From NCBI GenBank assembly GCA_963707635.1, contig OY970173.1, positions 2,400,001 through 2,464,000 on the forward strand: a stretch of DNA of 64,000 nucleotides, written 5' to 3'. Every line of letters begins with the position of its first letter. The stretch's first letter is position 1. The DNA comes from Candidatus Latescibacterota bacterium (GTDB taxonomy: Bacteria; Krumholzibacteriota; Krumholzibacteriia; WVZY01; JAKEHA01). Position numbers and translations under genes: made by a program. The notes under the pieces are model-generated. The model was not told where the DNA came from. It made no database searches and saw only the letters and a program-made list of their open reading frames with translations. This document shows positions 20,418 to 30,110 of this stretch, piece after piece.

Positions 20418-21308
20418 ATGCAATTCGCCGACCCGCCGAGTCCGCGCCGCACGGTCGCCCTCACGGCCCTCACGATGGTGGCATTCGCCTCCAATTCGAT
20501 TCTCTGCCGCCTCGCCCTGCAGACGCGCGCCATCGATCCGGCCAGCTTCACGCTGGTGCGCATTCTCGCGGGCGCCGTCGCCCTGCTGGTCATCGTACGG
20601 ATGGTCAATCCGGCTGCGCGCGTAGTCTCGCTCCGGCGGTGGACCGGCGCGGCGTTCCTGTTTCTTTACGCGGCGGCGTTCTCGTTCGCGTACACGAGCT
20701 TGAGCGCCGGGACGGGTGCGCTGATTCTGTTCGGGTGCGTACAGGCGACCATGCTCGCGGTCGCGCTCCGCTCGGGCGAACGACCGCGCCCGCTGGAATG
20801 GATCGGGCTGGCGATCGCGGTGGCGGGGCTCGTCTACCTGGTCGCGCCGGGCCTCCAGGCGCCCGCCCCCGTGGGGTGTGCGTTGATGGCGATCGCGGGA
20901 GTGGCGTGGGGCTTCTACAGCCTCACCGGGCGCGGGAGCACGAACCCGCTAGCCGACACGAGCCGCAACTTCACCCGTGCCGCGCCGCTGGCGCTGGCGG
21001 TCGCCCTCGTGGCGCGCCTGGCCGGCGCGGACGTCCACGCGACGCGCGCGGGCGTGCTCTTGGCGATCGCCTCCGGCGCGCTCTCCTCCGGCCTCGGCTA
21101 CGCCATCTGGTACGCGGCGCTGCGCGGGCTCTCCGCCACGCGCGCCGCCACCGTCCAGCTCTCGGTGCCGGTGATCGCCGCGCTCGGCGGCGTTTCGTTT
21201 CTCTCGGAGACAATTACGCTGCGGCTGGTGCTGTCCGCGATCCTGATCCTGGGCGGCGTGGGCGCCGCCCTCGCCGGGCGATCGTCGGGGCGGACCGCGG
21301 CGCGCTAG
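20418..21308 (+). CDS. DMT/EamA-family transporter
   Basis: AFASNSILCR, ~10 TM helices, SGLGYAIWY, QLSVPVIA. Confidence 0.88.
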   Translation: MQFADPPSPRRTVALTALTMVAFASNSILCRLALQTRAIDPASFTLVRILAGAVALLVIVRMVNPAARVVSLRRWTGAAFLFLYAAAFSFAYTSLSAGTGALILFGCVQATMLAVALRSGERPRPLEWIGLAIAVAGLVYLVAPGLQAPAPVGCALMAIAGVAWGFYSLTGRGSTNPLADTSRNFTRAAPLALAVALVARLAGADVHATRAGVLLAIASGALSSGLGYAIWYAALRGLSATRAATVQLSVPVIAALGGVSFLSETITLRLVLSAILILGGVGAALAGRSSGRTAAR

Positions 21309-21631
21309 CGGCGACGGCGGCGGCGCGGCTCCCAACCAAAACGATCGAGCGCGATGCGGTCATTGGCTCCGAACCGGACTCCCTCCGCTTCCAACAGCGC
21401 GCGCTGGAGCGAGTCGGCGCCGGGACTCGATCGAATGCTCACCCGCCCGGCCGCGTTCACGATCCGGTACCACGGCACCGGCGCCTGCGCCGGGAGCGCG
21501 TGCAGCGCGTAGCCCACCTGGCGCGGACCCGACGCGCGCGCGATCTCCGCAATCTGTCCATAGGTCGCCACGCGCCCCCGGGGAACGCGACGGATCGCGG
21601 CATAAATCCGACGATAGACTTCCGAGGTCAT
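21305..21631 (-). CDS. MGMT-family alkyltransferase-like (ATL) protein
   Basis: GRVATYGQIA, RQVG, PWYRIV (Trp in place of the catalytic Cys). Confidence 0.9.
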   Translation of the reverse strand: MTSEVYRRIYAAIRRVPRGRVATYGQIAEIARASGPRQVGYALHALPAQAPVPWYRIVNAAGRVSIRSSPGADSLQRALLEAEGVRFGANDRIALDRFGWEPRRRRRR

Positions 21632-21785
21632 CGGCCAACACCCTCCGCGAAGGAGTCTAGCGCACGCGGCGCGCGCGCAAAACCACCTTGACGATTCCGC
21701 TCCGGTGCCGTCTTATTGAGGAAGCCGCACATCCGCCGGCCCCGGCGCCGGACCCGTTCTCACGACCGAATCAAGGACACCTTCC

Positions 21786-23189
21786 ATGCCGAGTCAACGT
21801 TCCTGGGCCGAGCCCTGGAAAGTGAAGATGGTCGAGCACCTGCGCATGACCACGCGCGAGGAACGAACGCGCGAGCTCGCCGCCGCCGGCTTCAACACCT
21901 TCCTCCTCCCGAGCCAGTACGTCTACATCGACCTCCTGACCGACTCCGGGACCTCCGCCATGAGCGACACCCAATGGGCCGGACTCATGAAGGGCGACGA
22001 GGCCTACGCCGGCTCGATGAACTTCTATCACCTGGAGTCGGCCGTGCAGAAGGTCTACGGGTACCGCCACCTGATTCCCACCCACCAGGGGCGCGGCGCG
22101 GAACACATCTTGAGCCAGCTGTGCATCCGGCCGGGCCAGGTCGTCCCCGGCAACATGTACTTCACCACCACCAAGGTGCACCAGGAGCTCGCGGGCGGGA
22201 AATTCGTTGACGTCATCGTCGACGAGGCCCACGACCCGGACAGCGAGTTCCCCTTCAAGGGCAACGTCGACCTGGAGAAGCTGGAGCGGCTCATCCGCGA
22301 CACCGGCGCCGGGAACATCGCCTACCTCTCGCTCGAGACCAACGTGAACATGGCGGGCGGCCAGCCGTGCAGCATGGAGAACATCCGCGCCGCGTGTGCG
22401 CTCTGCCACCGCCATGGCATCGCCGTCTACCTCGACGCCACTCGCGCGGTCGAGAACACCTATTTCATCAAGATGCGCGAGGCGGCGCACGCGTCGCGCT
22501 CGCTCGGCGAGATCCTGCGCGAAATCTGCGACCAGACCGACGGGTGCACGATGTCCGCCAAGAAGGACGCGCTGGTCAACATTGGCGGCTTTCTCGCCGT
22601 CAACGACGACGATCTTGCCGAGCGCGCGCGCAACATGGTGGTCATCTACGAAGGGCTGCACACCTACGGCGGCCTGGCGGGGCGCGACATGGAGGCAATG
22701 GCGATCGGGATCGAGGAATCCGTGCACCTCGACCACATGCACGCCCGCGTGGGCCAGGTGGAATACCTGGGAGAGAAGCTGCAGCAAGCCGGGATTCCCA
22801 TCGTGCGCCCGATCGGCGGGCACGGCGTGTTCATCAACGCCGCCAGGTTCCTGCCGCACATCCCGCGCGACCAGTTCCCCGCCCAGGCGCTCGCGGCCGC
22901 GCTGTACGTGGATTCCGGCGTACGCGCCATGGAGCGCGGCGCCGTGTCCGCGGGTCGCGACGCCCAGACCGGAGAAAACCTGTTTCCCGCGCTCGAACTG
23001 GTTCGGCTCACGATCCCGCGCCGGGTCTACACCCAGGCGCACATGGACGTCACCGCCGAGTCGGTGATCGCGCTTTACGAGAATCGGGACAGGATCGTCG
23101 GGCTGCGCTTCACCCACGAACCGAAACACCTGCGCTTCTTCCAGGCGCGGTTCGAGCCGGTGAGCGGCGATGCCGTGCTCCGAGGATGA
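21786..23189 (+). CDS. tpl: Tyrosine phenol-lyase
   Basis: [13 protein letters not shown] (PLP lysine); TPL-specific FTTT, MERG and LRFF residues. Confidence 0.88.
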   Translation: MPSQRSWAEPWKVKMVEHLRMTTREERTRELAAAGFNTFLLPSQYVYIDLLTDSGTSAMSDTQWAGLMKGDEAYAGSMNFYHLESAVQKVYGYRHLIPTHQGRGAEHILSQLCIRPGQVVPGNMYFTTTKVHQELAGGKFVDVIVDEAHDPDSEFPFKGNVDLEKLERLIRDTGAGNIAYLSLETNVNMAGGQPCSMENIRAACALCHRHGIAVYLDATRAVENTYFIKMREAAHASRSLGEILREICDQTDGCTMSAKKDALVNIGGFLAVNDDDLAERARNMVVIYEGLHTYGGLAGRDMEAMAIGIEESVHLDHMHARVGQVEYLGEKLQQAGIPIVRPIGGHGVFINAARFLPHIPRDQFPAQALAAALYVDSGVRAMERGAVSAGRDAQTGENLFPALELVRLTIPRRVYTQAHMDVTAESVIALYENRDRIVGLRFTHEPKHLRFFQARFEPVSGDAVLRG

Positions 23190-23241
23190 GGCGGGTGGCA
23201 TCGAGCCGGGGTCCCCGCGGACGAAGTCCCGCGGGGTGGCG

Positions 23242-23274
23242 AGATGACAGGACCCGCAAGATGACAGGACCCGC
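23242..23274 (+). repeat. 16-bp direct repeat AGATGACAGGACCCGC x2
   Basis: Copies at 23242-23257 and 23259-23274, just upstream of the tnaA start. Confidence 0.9.
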
Positions 23275-23286
23275 GCTATCCGTTCT

Positions 23287-24651
23287 ATGAAAACCATCAT
23301 CGAACCGTTTCGCATCAAGGTCGTCGAGCCGATTCGCATGACCACGCCCGCGGAGCGCGAAGACATCCTGCGCCGGGCCGACTTCAACCTGTTTCGGATC
23401 CACGCCGACGACGTGCTCATCGACCTGTTGACCGACAGCGGCACCGGCGCCATGAGCAGCCTGCAGTGGGCCGGCATGCATGCGCGGCGACGAATCGTAC
23501 GCGGGGGCGAAGAGCTGGTTCGTGCTTCGAGTCGTCGGTGCGCGAGTTGACCGGCTTGCAGCACATTCTGCCCACCCACCAGGGGCGGGCCAGCGAGCGC
23601 ATCCTCTTCGAGCTGGTCGGCGGGCCCGGGAAGGTCGTCCCCAACAACAGCCACTTCGACACCACCCGCGCCAACGTCGAGCATTCCGGGCGCGCGCGCC
23701 GTCGACCTGCTCGATCCCCGAGGGCAAGGATCCGCGTTCGCGCCACCCGTTCAAGGGCAATATGGACGTCGCCGCGCTGGAGCGTCTGATCGCCGAGCAC
23801 GGCGCCGGCGCGATTCCGCTGGTGATGGTGACGGTGACCAACAACACGGGCGGCGGCCAGCCGGTGAGCCTGGCCAACCTCCGCGCCGTGCGCGCGGTCT
23901 GCGACCGGCACGGCGTTCCGCTCTTTCTCGACGCCTGCCGGTTCGCGGAGAACGCCTACCTGATCAAGAAGCGCGAGCCAGGGCAGGAGATCGCGCGCGG
24001 TCAACGAGATCGTCCGCGAGATGTTCGACCTGGCCGACGGCGCCACGATCAGCGCCAAGAAGGACGGGCTGGTCAACATCGGCGGGGTCCTGCTTGCTGC
24101 GCGACGCCGCGCTGGTCGCGCGCGCCGACGAACTCGCTGATCCTGACCGAGGGCTTCGTCACCTACGGCGGCCTCGCCGGCCGCGATCTGGAAGCGATGG
24201 CCCAGGGGTTTCGCGAAGTGCTCGACGAGGACTACCTGCACTACCGCATTCGCAGCGTCGAGTACCTCGGCGAACGGCTGCTGCGGGCCGGGATCCAGAT
24301 CGTCGAGCCGCCGGGCGGGCACGCGATCTACATCGACGCGGCGGCCTTCGCGCCGCACATCCCGCCGGAGCAGCTTCCCCGGGCAGGCGCTGGCGGTGGC
24401 GCTGTACCGCGCGGCGGGCATCCGCGCGTGCGAGATCGGGAGCGTCATGTTCGGCAAGGGACGGCAATCGGCCGGCGATGGAACTGGTGCGGCTCGCCAT
24501 TCCGCGCCGCGTGTACACGCAGAGCCACATCGACTACGTGATCGAGGCGATGGAGGAGATCGTCGGGCGGCGCGAGACGCTGCGCGGGCTCAAGATCGTC
24601 GAGGAGCCACCCTCATTGCGTCACTTCACGGCGCGCTTCGAGGAGGTCTGA
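23287..24651 (+). pseudogene. tnaA: Tryptophanase with about 8-9 frameshifts (pseudogene or sequencing errors)
   Basis: [36 protein letters not shown] spread over all three frames; FDTT and RHF are tryptophanase-specific. Confidence 0.85.
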
Positions 24652-24669
24652 CAGTATCCGCCCGGGGGC

Positions 24670-24699
24670 TTGACGTGGTGTTAAGCGCGAGCTTACAAT
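24670..24699 (+). promoter_or_regulatory. Sigma70-like promoter TTGACG-N18-TACAAT
   Basis: Near-consensus boxes 38 nt upstream of ATG 24738. Confidence 0.5.
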
Positions 24700-24737
24700 C
24701 GCGAGTGTCGACGGCCGCCAGGTTTGGAGATGGTCTC

Positions 24738-25445
24738 ATGAAGACTCTTGCGGTCGCGTGCTGCGTTCTTCTTTTCGCTGTGGGTGCAACAGGCGACGTC
24801 CTCTACCCTGCCGCACTGACGTTCGAACCCGGTTACGCGAGCGGCCCTCCCGCGGGCTTTCCAGTGCACGACGTGGCTCCCCACTACGGTGACCCTCTCA
24901 CGATCGTCGGTCGCGTGGCCGAAGTAAAACAGCCGTTCGACGACCTCCTGCCCGCGGACACGTACGAACTCACCTTTGTGTTCGAAGGGACCACATGCAC
25001 ACAGTGGGGCATGTGGGACGACATACCGTGTGCCGGAGGGATTTTCGGGACCTTCCAGGGTGGTACCGTGGCGATCTACCTAGACGCGTCTCCGGACGCC
25101 GACTTCGCGAACCCCCAGACATTCCATGACGGCGACCTCGTCCTGCTCGGCAGTTTGTCTATTGTGTCGGTGCTTGACAGCGACCCCTACATAGCCTGCC
25201 CACCTCGGTCGGATGAGCCAGACGTAGGTGCGTTTTTCACGTTCATCGGCGGCACGTGGTTTTCGCGCGTGAGCAACGACGGCGTCGGCTTCGATGCGAT
25301 AAGCGAGGGGGAACTGGACGACAACGTATCGGCGGAACTTCGAGCTCTGGGCTATACGTTCCGTGTGGACGGCACGGTGGACATCTACGGTCCCGTGGCT
25401 ACCGAGCCCGTCACCTGGGGCCGCGTCAAGGCGCTGTACCGGTAG
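24738..25445 (+). CDS. Secreted hypothetical protein with C-terminal TWGRVKALYR motif
   Basis: Signal peptide MKTLAVACCVLLFAVGA; acidic beta-rich body; ends VATEPVTWGRVKALYR. Confidence 0.8.
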   Translation: MKTLAVACCVLLFAVGATGDVLYPAALTFEPGYASGPPAGFPVHDVAPHYGDPLTIVGRVAEVKQPFDDLLPADTYELTFVFEGTTCTQWGMWDDIPCAGGIFGTFQGGTVAIYLDASPDADFANPQTFHDGDLVLLGSLSIVSVLDSDPYIACPPRSDEPDVGAFFTFIGGTWFSRVSNDGVGFDAISEGELDDNVSAELRALGYTFRVDGTVDIYGPVATEPVTWGRVKALYR

Positions 25446-25454
25446 TCCGCGATG

Positions 25455-26039
25455 TCAGTTCTGGGATAGCTTCTTGAGGACGCCCTTCGCCACGCACTTG
25501 AGCGTGTCGAAGACCCCGTCGCCCTTGACCGCCACCGCCGGAAAGCTGGGAAACTTCTCCGGGTTGAGTTCCTGCTCCAGTTCCTCCACCGCGATCACGT
25601 CCGGCATGTCGCGCTTGTTGTACTGGAGAACGAACGGAACGTCGTCCAGCTTGAGCTTGTACTCCTCCAGATTCTCGTGGAGGTTGTAGAGACTCTCGAT
25701 GTTGGCGTCATAGCGCGCCGTCTGCGAATCGGCCACGAACACGATGCCGTCCACGCCGCGCAGAATCAGCTTGCGGGACGCATCGTAGTAGACCTGCCCC
25801 GGCACCGTGTACAGGTGGAAGCGCGTCTTGAATCCCTTCACCGTCCCGAGCTCGAGCGGGAGGAAGTCGAAGAACAATGTTCGGTCCATCTCCGTCGCCA
25901 GGGTGATGAGCTTGCCCTTGGTCGAGGGATCGACCTTCTGGTACACGTACTGGAGATTCGTCGTCTTGCCGCACAGCCCGGGGCCGTAGTAGACGATCTT
26001 GCAGTTGATCTCCCGGGAGGAGTAGTTGATGAGCGACAT
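25455..26039 (-). CDS. mglA: Small GTPase MglA
   Basis: [43 protein letters not shown]. Confidence 0.96.
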   Translation of the reverse strand: MSLINYSSREINCKIVYYGPGLCGKTTNLQYVYQKVDPSTKGKLITLATEMDRTLFFDFLPLELGTVKGFKTRFHLYTVPGQVYYDASRKLILRGVDGIVFVADSQTARYDANIESLYNLHENLEEYKLKLDDVPFVLQYNKRDMPDVIAVEELEQELNPEKFPSFPAVAVKGDGVFDTLKCVAKGVLKKLSQN

Positions 26040-26073
26040 GTCGCTTGCCTCGACGTCGGTGCGTTAGTCTACG

Positions 26074-26571
26074 TTAGTCTTTGAACAGCGAATCGATCTC
26101 TTTGTTGAGCTCGTCGGCAAAGCCGGCGTCGAACTGCTTCAAGTCCTCGTTCTCGTACTCCAGTTTGTTGAACAACCGGTTGAGCACGTTGTCGAGGTTG
26201 TCGACGGCTTTCTTGACGCGCAGGCGCACGAGACCGAGCGTGGTGCGCTTGTTGAACAGCACCACGAGGATGATGTGCTGGGCGACGCGGGAGAGATACA
26301 TGCTCTCGTCGACGCCCTGGTGGTACAGGGTGGAGAAATCTTTCTCCCCGATCAGCTTGGCGAGTTGGGCGTTGGCCTCGAAGTCGGCCGCGCACAGCGA
26401 CGCGAAGCTCATCAGGTCGAACTCGGGCTCCATGCCGACGCTCGCGATGAGCTGGCCGGTCTTGTCGATCAAGAGGACGCTCGTCGAGTTGGAATTCTCG
26501 ATGAGCTCCTTCAGGACCGAGTTTATCGCCCAGTAGTCCTGTTCGTAGATTGTCCAGTCGGCACGTACCAT
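26074..26571 (-). CDS. mglB: Roadblock/LC7 protein MglB
   Basis: LLIDKTGQLI, LAKLIGEKDF..LYHQG, TTLGLVRLRV; upstream of mglA. Confidence 0.93.
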   Translation of the reverse strand: MVRADWTIYEQDYWAINSVLKELIENSNSTSVLLIDKTGQLIASVGMEPEFDLMSFASLCAADFEANAQLAKLIGEKDFSTLYHQGVDESMYLSRVAQHIILVVLFNKRTTLGLVRLRVKKAVDNLDNVLNRLFNKLEYENEDLKQFDAGFADELNKEIDSLFKD

Positions 26572-26646
26572 AGTCGCTCCGAAGGTCGGGGGGGTCGCCG
26601 CCGGTCGGGGCCCGGGATCGGTCCGTCCGATCCAGACCCGAAAGAA

Positions 26647-27246
26647 CTAGAGCGTTTCCCGGCGGTCGATGGCTCGGGCGAGGGTGATATCGTCAACGAA
26701 TTCAAGGGCCCCGCCCATCGGAAGCCCTCTAGCAAGTCTCGTGACAGTGCACCCGTAGGGAGCGACGGCGCGGGCGATGAAGAGGGCGGTGGCGTCGCCC
26801 TCCACGGTAGGATTCGTGGCCACAATGAGTTCCCGGACGGCGCCGTCCCGGACCCGGGCCTCCAGGGTTCGCAGGTTCAGATTTTCCGGCCCCACCCCGT
26901 CTACCGGAGACAGGACCCCATGCAATACGTGGTAGCGCCCCCGGAACCGCCGGGTCCGCTCCATGACGATCACGTCCTGGGGCTGTTCGACGACGCAGAT
27001 CAGGTCGGTGGTCCGGGACTTATCTTCGCAAATTGCACACTCTTGGGCCTCGGTGATCGAGCCGCAGATCGAACAGAACCGGACCTTTTGCTTGAGGTCG
27101 ACCAGTAGCTGCGAGATCCTCTCGGCCTCCGTGTTATCGGGGCGGAGCAGGTGCAGGGCGAGGCGCAGGGCGGTCTTGGTGCCGATTCCAGGCAGCCGCG
27201 ACAGGGACTTTACCAGGGCGGTCAGCGTCTCGGAGCCGAGATCCAT
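26647..27246 (-). CDS. recR: Recombination mediator RecR
   Basis: LPGIGTKTA, C4 zinc finger, YHVLHG, NPTVEGDATA. Confidence 0.96.
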   Translation of the reverse strand: MDLGSETLTALVKSLSRLPGIGTKTALRLALHLLRPDNTEAERISQLLVDLKQKVRFCSICGSITEAQECAICEDKSRTTDLICVVEQPQDVIVMERTRRFRGRYHVLHGVLSPVDGVGPENLNLRTLEARVRDGAVRELIVATNPTVEGDATALFIARAVAPYGCTVTRLARGLPMGGALEFVDDITLARAIDRRETL

Positions 27247-27266
27247 CGCCGGACGCCTCCCGTTTC

Positions 27267-27578
27267 CTAGGTCAGTCCGGGGATGTTCATGCCCCCGGTG
27301 ATGGCGGCGATTCGCTCCCGGGCGAGCTCGGACGCCTTCTCGTGCGCCTCGTTCACGGCGGCGGTGATCAAGTCCTCGAGCATCTCGCGGTCGCCGTCCT
27401 TGAAGACGTCGTCGCGGATCGAAAGGCGCACCAGCTTCTGCTTCCCGTTCATGCGCACGGTGACGGCCCCACCCCCGCTCGAGACGTCGAACTCTTCGGC
27501 GGCAAGCTCTTCCTCGAGCTTCGCCATCTTCGACTGCATCTGCTGCGCCTGCTTGACCATCTTCATGAAGTCCGCCAT
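27267..27578 (-). CDS. ybaB: YbaB/EbfC nucleoid-associated protein
   Basis: KQAQQMQ, SGGGAV, EMLEDLITAAVN; dnaX-ybaB-recR order. Confidence 0.94.
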   Translation of the reverse strand: MADFMKMVKQAQQMQSKMAKLEEELAAEEFDVSSGGGAVTVRMNGKQKLVRLSIRDDVFKDGDREMLEDLITAAVNEAHEKASELARERIAAITGGMNIPGLT

Positions 27579-27590
27579 GCGAATGCCCCT

Positions 27591-29390
27591 CTAGGTTTGG
27601 TAGCGAACGATTTCGCCGTCGAATTCGCTGATGAGTTTCTGGAGCACGGGACGCTTGTCGTCGGAGATGTCGCGAAAGCGCTCCTCGGGCGCCTTCTGCT
27701 GCTCGAGCGCCTGTTCCAGCGCCACGGTCCGCTCCTCGCCCTCGGAGAAACACGCGATCTCGGCGGCCCGCCCGAAGTAGCGCGCGAACGACTCCTGCAC
27801 GAACTGGATGCTCTCGGGCCGGGAGGCCTGCTCGCGCTGTAGCGCGAAGCTCTTCAGGAACCGGATGAGGAGACGGTTGCCGTCGAAGGAGTGCGGGCGC
27901 CCCGAGATGAGGCACACGCCGAGCGAGACGCGTTTCTGACGCACGAAGGTGACGAAGCCCTCCCACAATTCCTGGATCTTGGCCAGATCGAGCTCGCCGT
28001 CCGCGAGGCTCGCGGGCCGTTCGCGGTCGGCCGCTTCCTCCTCGCGGTCCTCGCGGCGCCGTCCGCCCACGAGTGCCTCGGGTCCAACCAACGGAGGCAT
28101 TCCCACCTTCGCGGCACCCACGGGTCCTGCGGCCGCGCGCGCGGCGCCACCCGGCACCGGGTCCAGCGCGGGCTCGTGCGACGGGCCTGCCGCCGGCGAC
28201 GCCGACTTGCCAGGGCGCTTCGTGGCGCCCGCCCCGTCGGCCGGCCCGCCGGCGTTCGTCTCGCCGTCGAGACGGGCGATCAGCGTGCGGATGTCCGTCT
28301 GGCGGTCGAGTAGCGCCAGATCGACCAGGACGCCTTCGAGAAAAATGCGCGGGTCGGACATGCCGCGCAGGCGCCCGGCCGCGTTGCACAGCCGCTCGAC
28401 CACGACGACGAGATCGGCGAGCTCGTAGTGCGCGAGGCTCTGGCGCAGGTGGTCGATCTCGCTCTGCGACCGGAACAGGAGCGACGTCAGGTCGCCCGGC
28501 ACCGCGAGCACCATCAGGTCGCGGTAGCCTTCGATCAGGGCGGAGAGCAGATCGGGCAGGTCCACGCCCTCGTTCACCGCCTGCTCCAGCAGCACGAGCG
28601 GCGCCGACGCGTCCCCGCTCGCGATGCCGTCGACGAACGCGAGCACCTTCTCCTGGTCGATGAGACCGAGAATGTCGCGCACCGCCGCGGCGGTCACGTT
28701 ACCGCCCGACGCCGTCACGCACTGGTCGAGCAGGCTGGTGCCGTCGCGCATGCTCCCGTCGGCCTTGCGGGCCAAGAGGCGCAGGCCGTCGGCCTCGTAC
28801 TGGACCTTCTCCGCCCGGCAGATGACTTCCAGCTGGCCGGCGATCTCGGCGTTCTCTAGCCGCTTGAAATGGTGGCGCTGGCAGCGGGACTTGATCGTGT
28901 CGGGGATCTTCTGCGGCGAAGTGGTCGCGAAGACGAAATAGACGTGCGCGGGCGGCTCTTCCAGCGTCTTGAGCAGCGCGTTGAACGCGTGCGTCGAGAG
29001 CATGTGCACTTCGTCGATCACGTACACCTTGTTGCGACTCTGGCTCGGCGTGAAGCCGATGCTCTCCTGGAGCTCGCGCACCTCGCCCACACCGGTGTGC
29101 GAGGCGCCGTCGATTTCCATCACGTCGAGGTGGTTGCCGCGCATGACCGCGACGCACGACGGGCACTGGTTGCAGGGGTTACCGTTCTGGAGATTCTCGC
29201 AGTTGATGACGCGGGCGAGTATGCGCGCCGTGCTGGTCTTGCCGCACCCGCGCGGGCCCGAAAAGAGATACGCGTGCGACACACGCCCGCTCTCGACCGC
29301 CTTCTTGAGCGTGCGCGTGATGTGCTCCTGGCCGACGACGTCGTCGAAGGTCAGGGGTCGCCACTTGCGGGCCAGGACCTCGTAGCTCAT
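27591..29390 (-). CDS. dnaX: DNA polymerase III subunit gamma/tau
   Basis: VLARKWRP, GPRGCGKTS, IDEVHML, NALLKTLEEPP, SRC. Confidence 0.97.
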   Translation of the reverse strand: MSYEVLARKWRPLTFDDVVGQEHITRTLKKAVESGRVSHAYLFSGPRGCGKTSTARILARVINCENLQNGNPCNQCPSCVAVMRGNHLDVMEIDGASHTGVGEVRELQESIGFTPSQSRNKVYVIDEVHMLSTHAFNALLKTLEEPPAHVYFVFATTSPQKIPDTIKSRCQRHHFKRLENAEIAGQLEVICRAEKVQYEADGLRLLARKADGSMRDGTSLLDQCVTASGGNVTAAAVRDILGLIDQEKVLAFVDGIASGDASAPLVLLEQAVNEGVDLPDLLSALIEGYRDLMVLAVPGDLTSLLFRSQSEIDHLRQSLAHYELADLVVVVERLCNAAGRLRGMSDPRIFLEGVLVDLALLDRQTDIRTLIARLDGETNAGGPADGAGATKRPGKSASPAAGPSHEPALDPVPGGAARAAAGPVGAAKVGMPPLVGPEALVGGRRREDREEEAADRERPASLADGELDLAKIQELWEGFVTFVRQKRVSLGVCLISGRPHSFDGNRLLIRFLKSFALQREQASRPESIQFVQESFARYFGRAAEIACFSEGEERTVALEQALEQQKAPEERFRDISDDKRPVLQKLISEFDGEIVRYQT

Positions 29391-29435
29391 TCGATCCTTC
29401 CGGACGACGGCGCGGCGCCCGCGGCGGCGCCGCGT

Positions 29436-29552
29436 CACGAGTGGCGGTCAGGCGTGTCCACGTCACATGAGCAGATCCGCTTACCGCTGCTACCTTCCGG
29501 TCCTGACGGAATTCACGGCAACTCATTGCGTGGGACCCGACCGCCACTCGTG
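29436..29552 (-). ncRNA. ffs: Signal recognition particle RNA (4.5S type)
   Basis: Core TCAGGACCGGAAGGTAGCAGC; closing helix CACGAGTGGCGGTC / GACCGCCACTCGTG; upstream of dnaX. Confidence 0.92.
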
Positions 29553-29606
29553 CACGCGAGCACGGCCGCCGCGCTGCCGGACCCGCGGGCCCGGCGTGGA
29601 GAAAAA

Positions 29607-29682
29607 TGGTGGAGATGAGCGGGCTCGAACCGCCGACCTCCTCGTTGCGAACGAGGCGCTCTCCCAGCTGAGCTACATCCCC
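29607..29682 (-). tRNA. tRNA-Ala(CGC)
   Basis: GGGGATGTAGCTCAGCTGG...CCTCG-TTCGCAA-CGAGG...GTTCGAG...CCA. Confidence 0.95.
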
Positions 29683-29730
29683 ACCTGCCCGGCCGATCGC
29701 CCCGGGGTGGTGTCAAATCTAACAAAAAAA

Positions 29731-29820
29731 TGGCGGAGAGAGAGGGATTCGAACCCTCGGAACGCTTGCGCGCTCAACGGTTTTCGAGACCGCCCCATTC
29801 AACCGCTCTGGCATCTCTCC
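29731..29820 (-). tRNA. tRNA-Ser(CGA)
   Basis: GGAGAGATG...GCGGT-CTCGAAA-ACCGT, long variable arm, GCCA end. Confidence 0.95.
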
Positions 29821-29891
29821 GGGCGGATACTACTAGAGGTCGAACGCGAAGGCAAGTCTCGACATCGCCGCCAGAACCGCGGCGCGTGGCC

Positions 29892-30101
29892 TCATTCGAG
29901 GGGTGGGCGCTTCGCTTCTTCCCGGCGGGCGCGGCGCGTGGAAACCGAATCGAGCACAAGGAGCTTTTCTTCCGGAGTCATCCCCGACCACATCGCGATC
30001 TCGTCGAGTGTGCGCAGACAGCCGGCGCAGAGGTCGGTGACGGGATCGACCGAGCACAGGTTGGTGCACGGAGACGGCGGGTGCGGCATCGAGTCCGACA
30101 T
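29892..30101 (-). CDS. DUF1289-family Cys-rich small protein
   Basis: PSPCTNLC......CAGCLRTLDEIAMW. Confidence 0.85.
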   Translation of the reverse strand: MSDSMPHPPSPCTNLCSVDPVTDLCAGCLRTLDEIAMWSGMTPEEKLLVLDSVSTRRARREEAKRPPLE

Positions 30102-30110
30102 GAGAGCAAA

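Noticed and set aside
23242..23274. Direct repeats as a CRISPR remnant
   Set aside because: Only two 16-bp copies separated by 1 nt, and no cas genes
28020..28270. Programmed frameshift site in dnaX
   Set aside because: I saw no A-rich slippery heptamer; the region is an ordinary Ala/Pro/Gly linker
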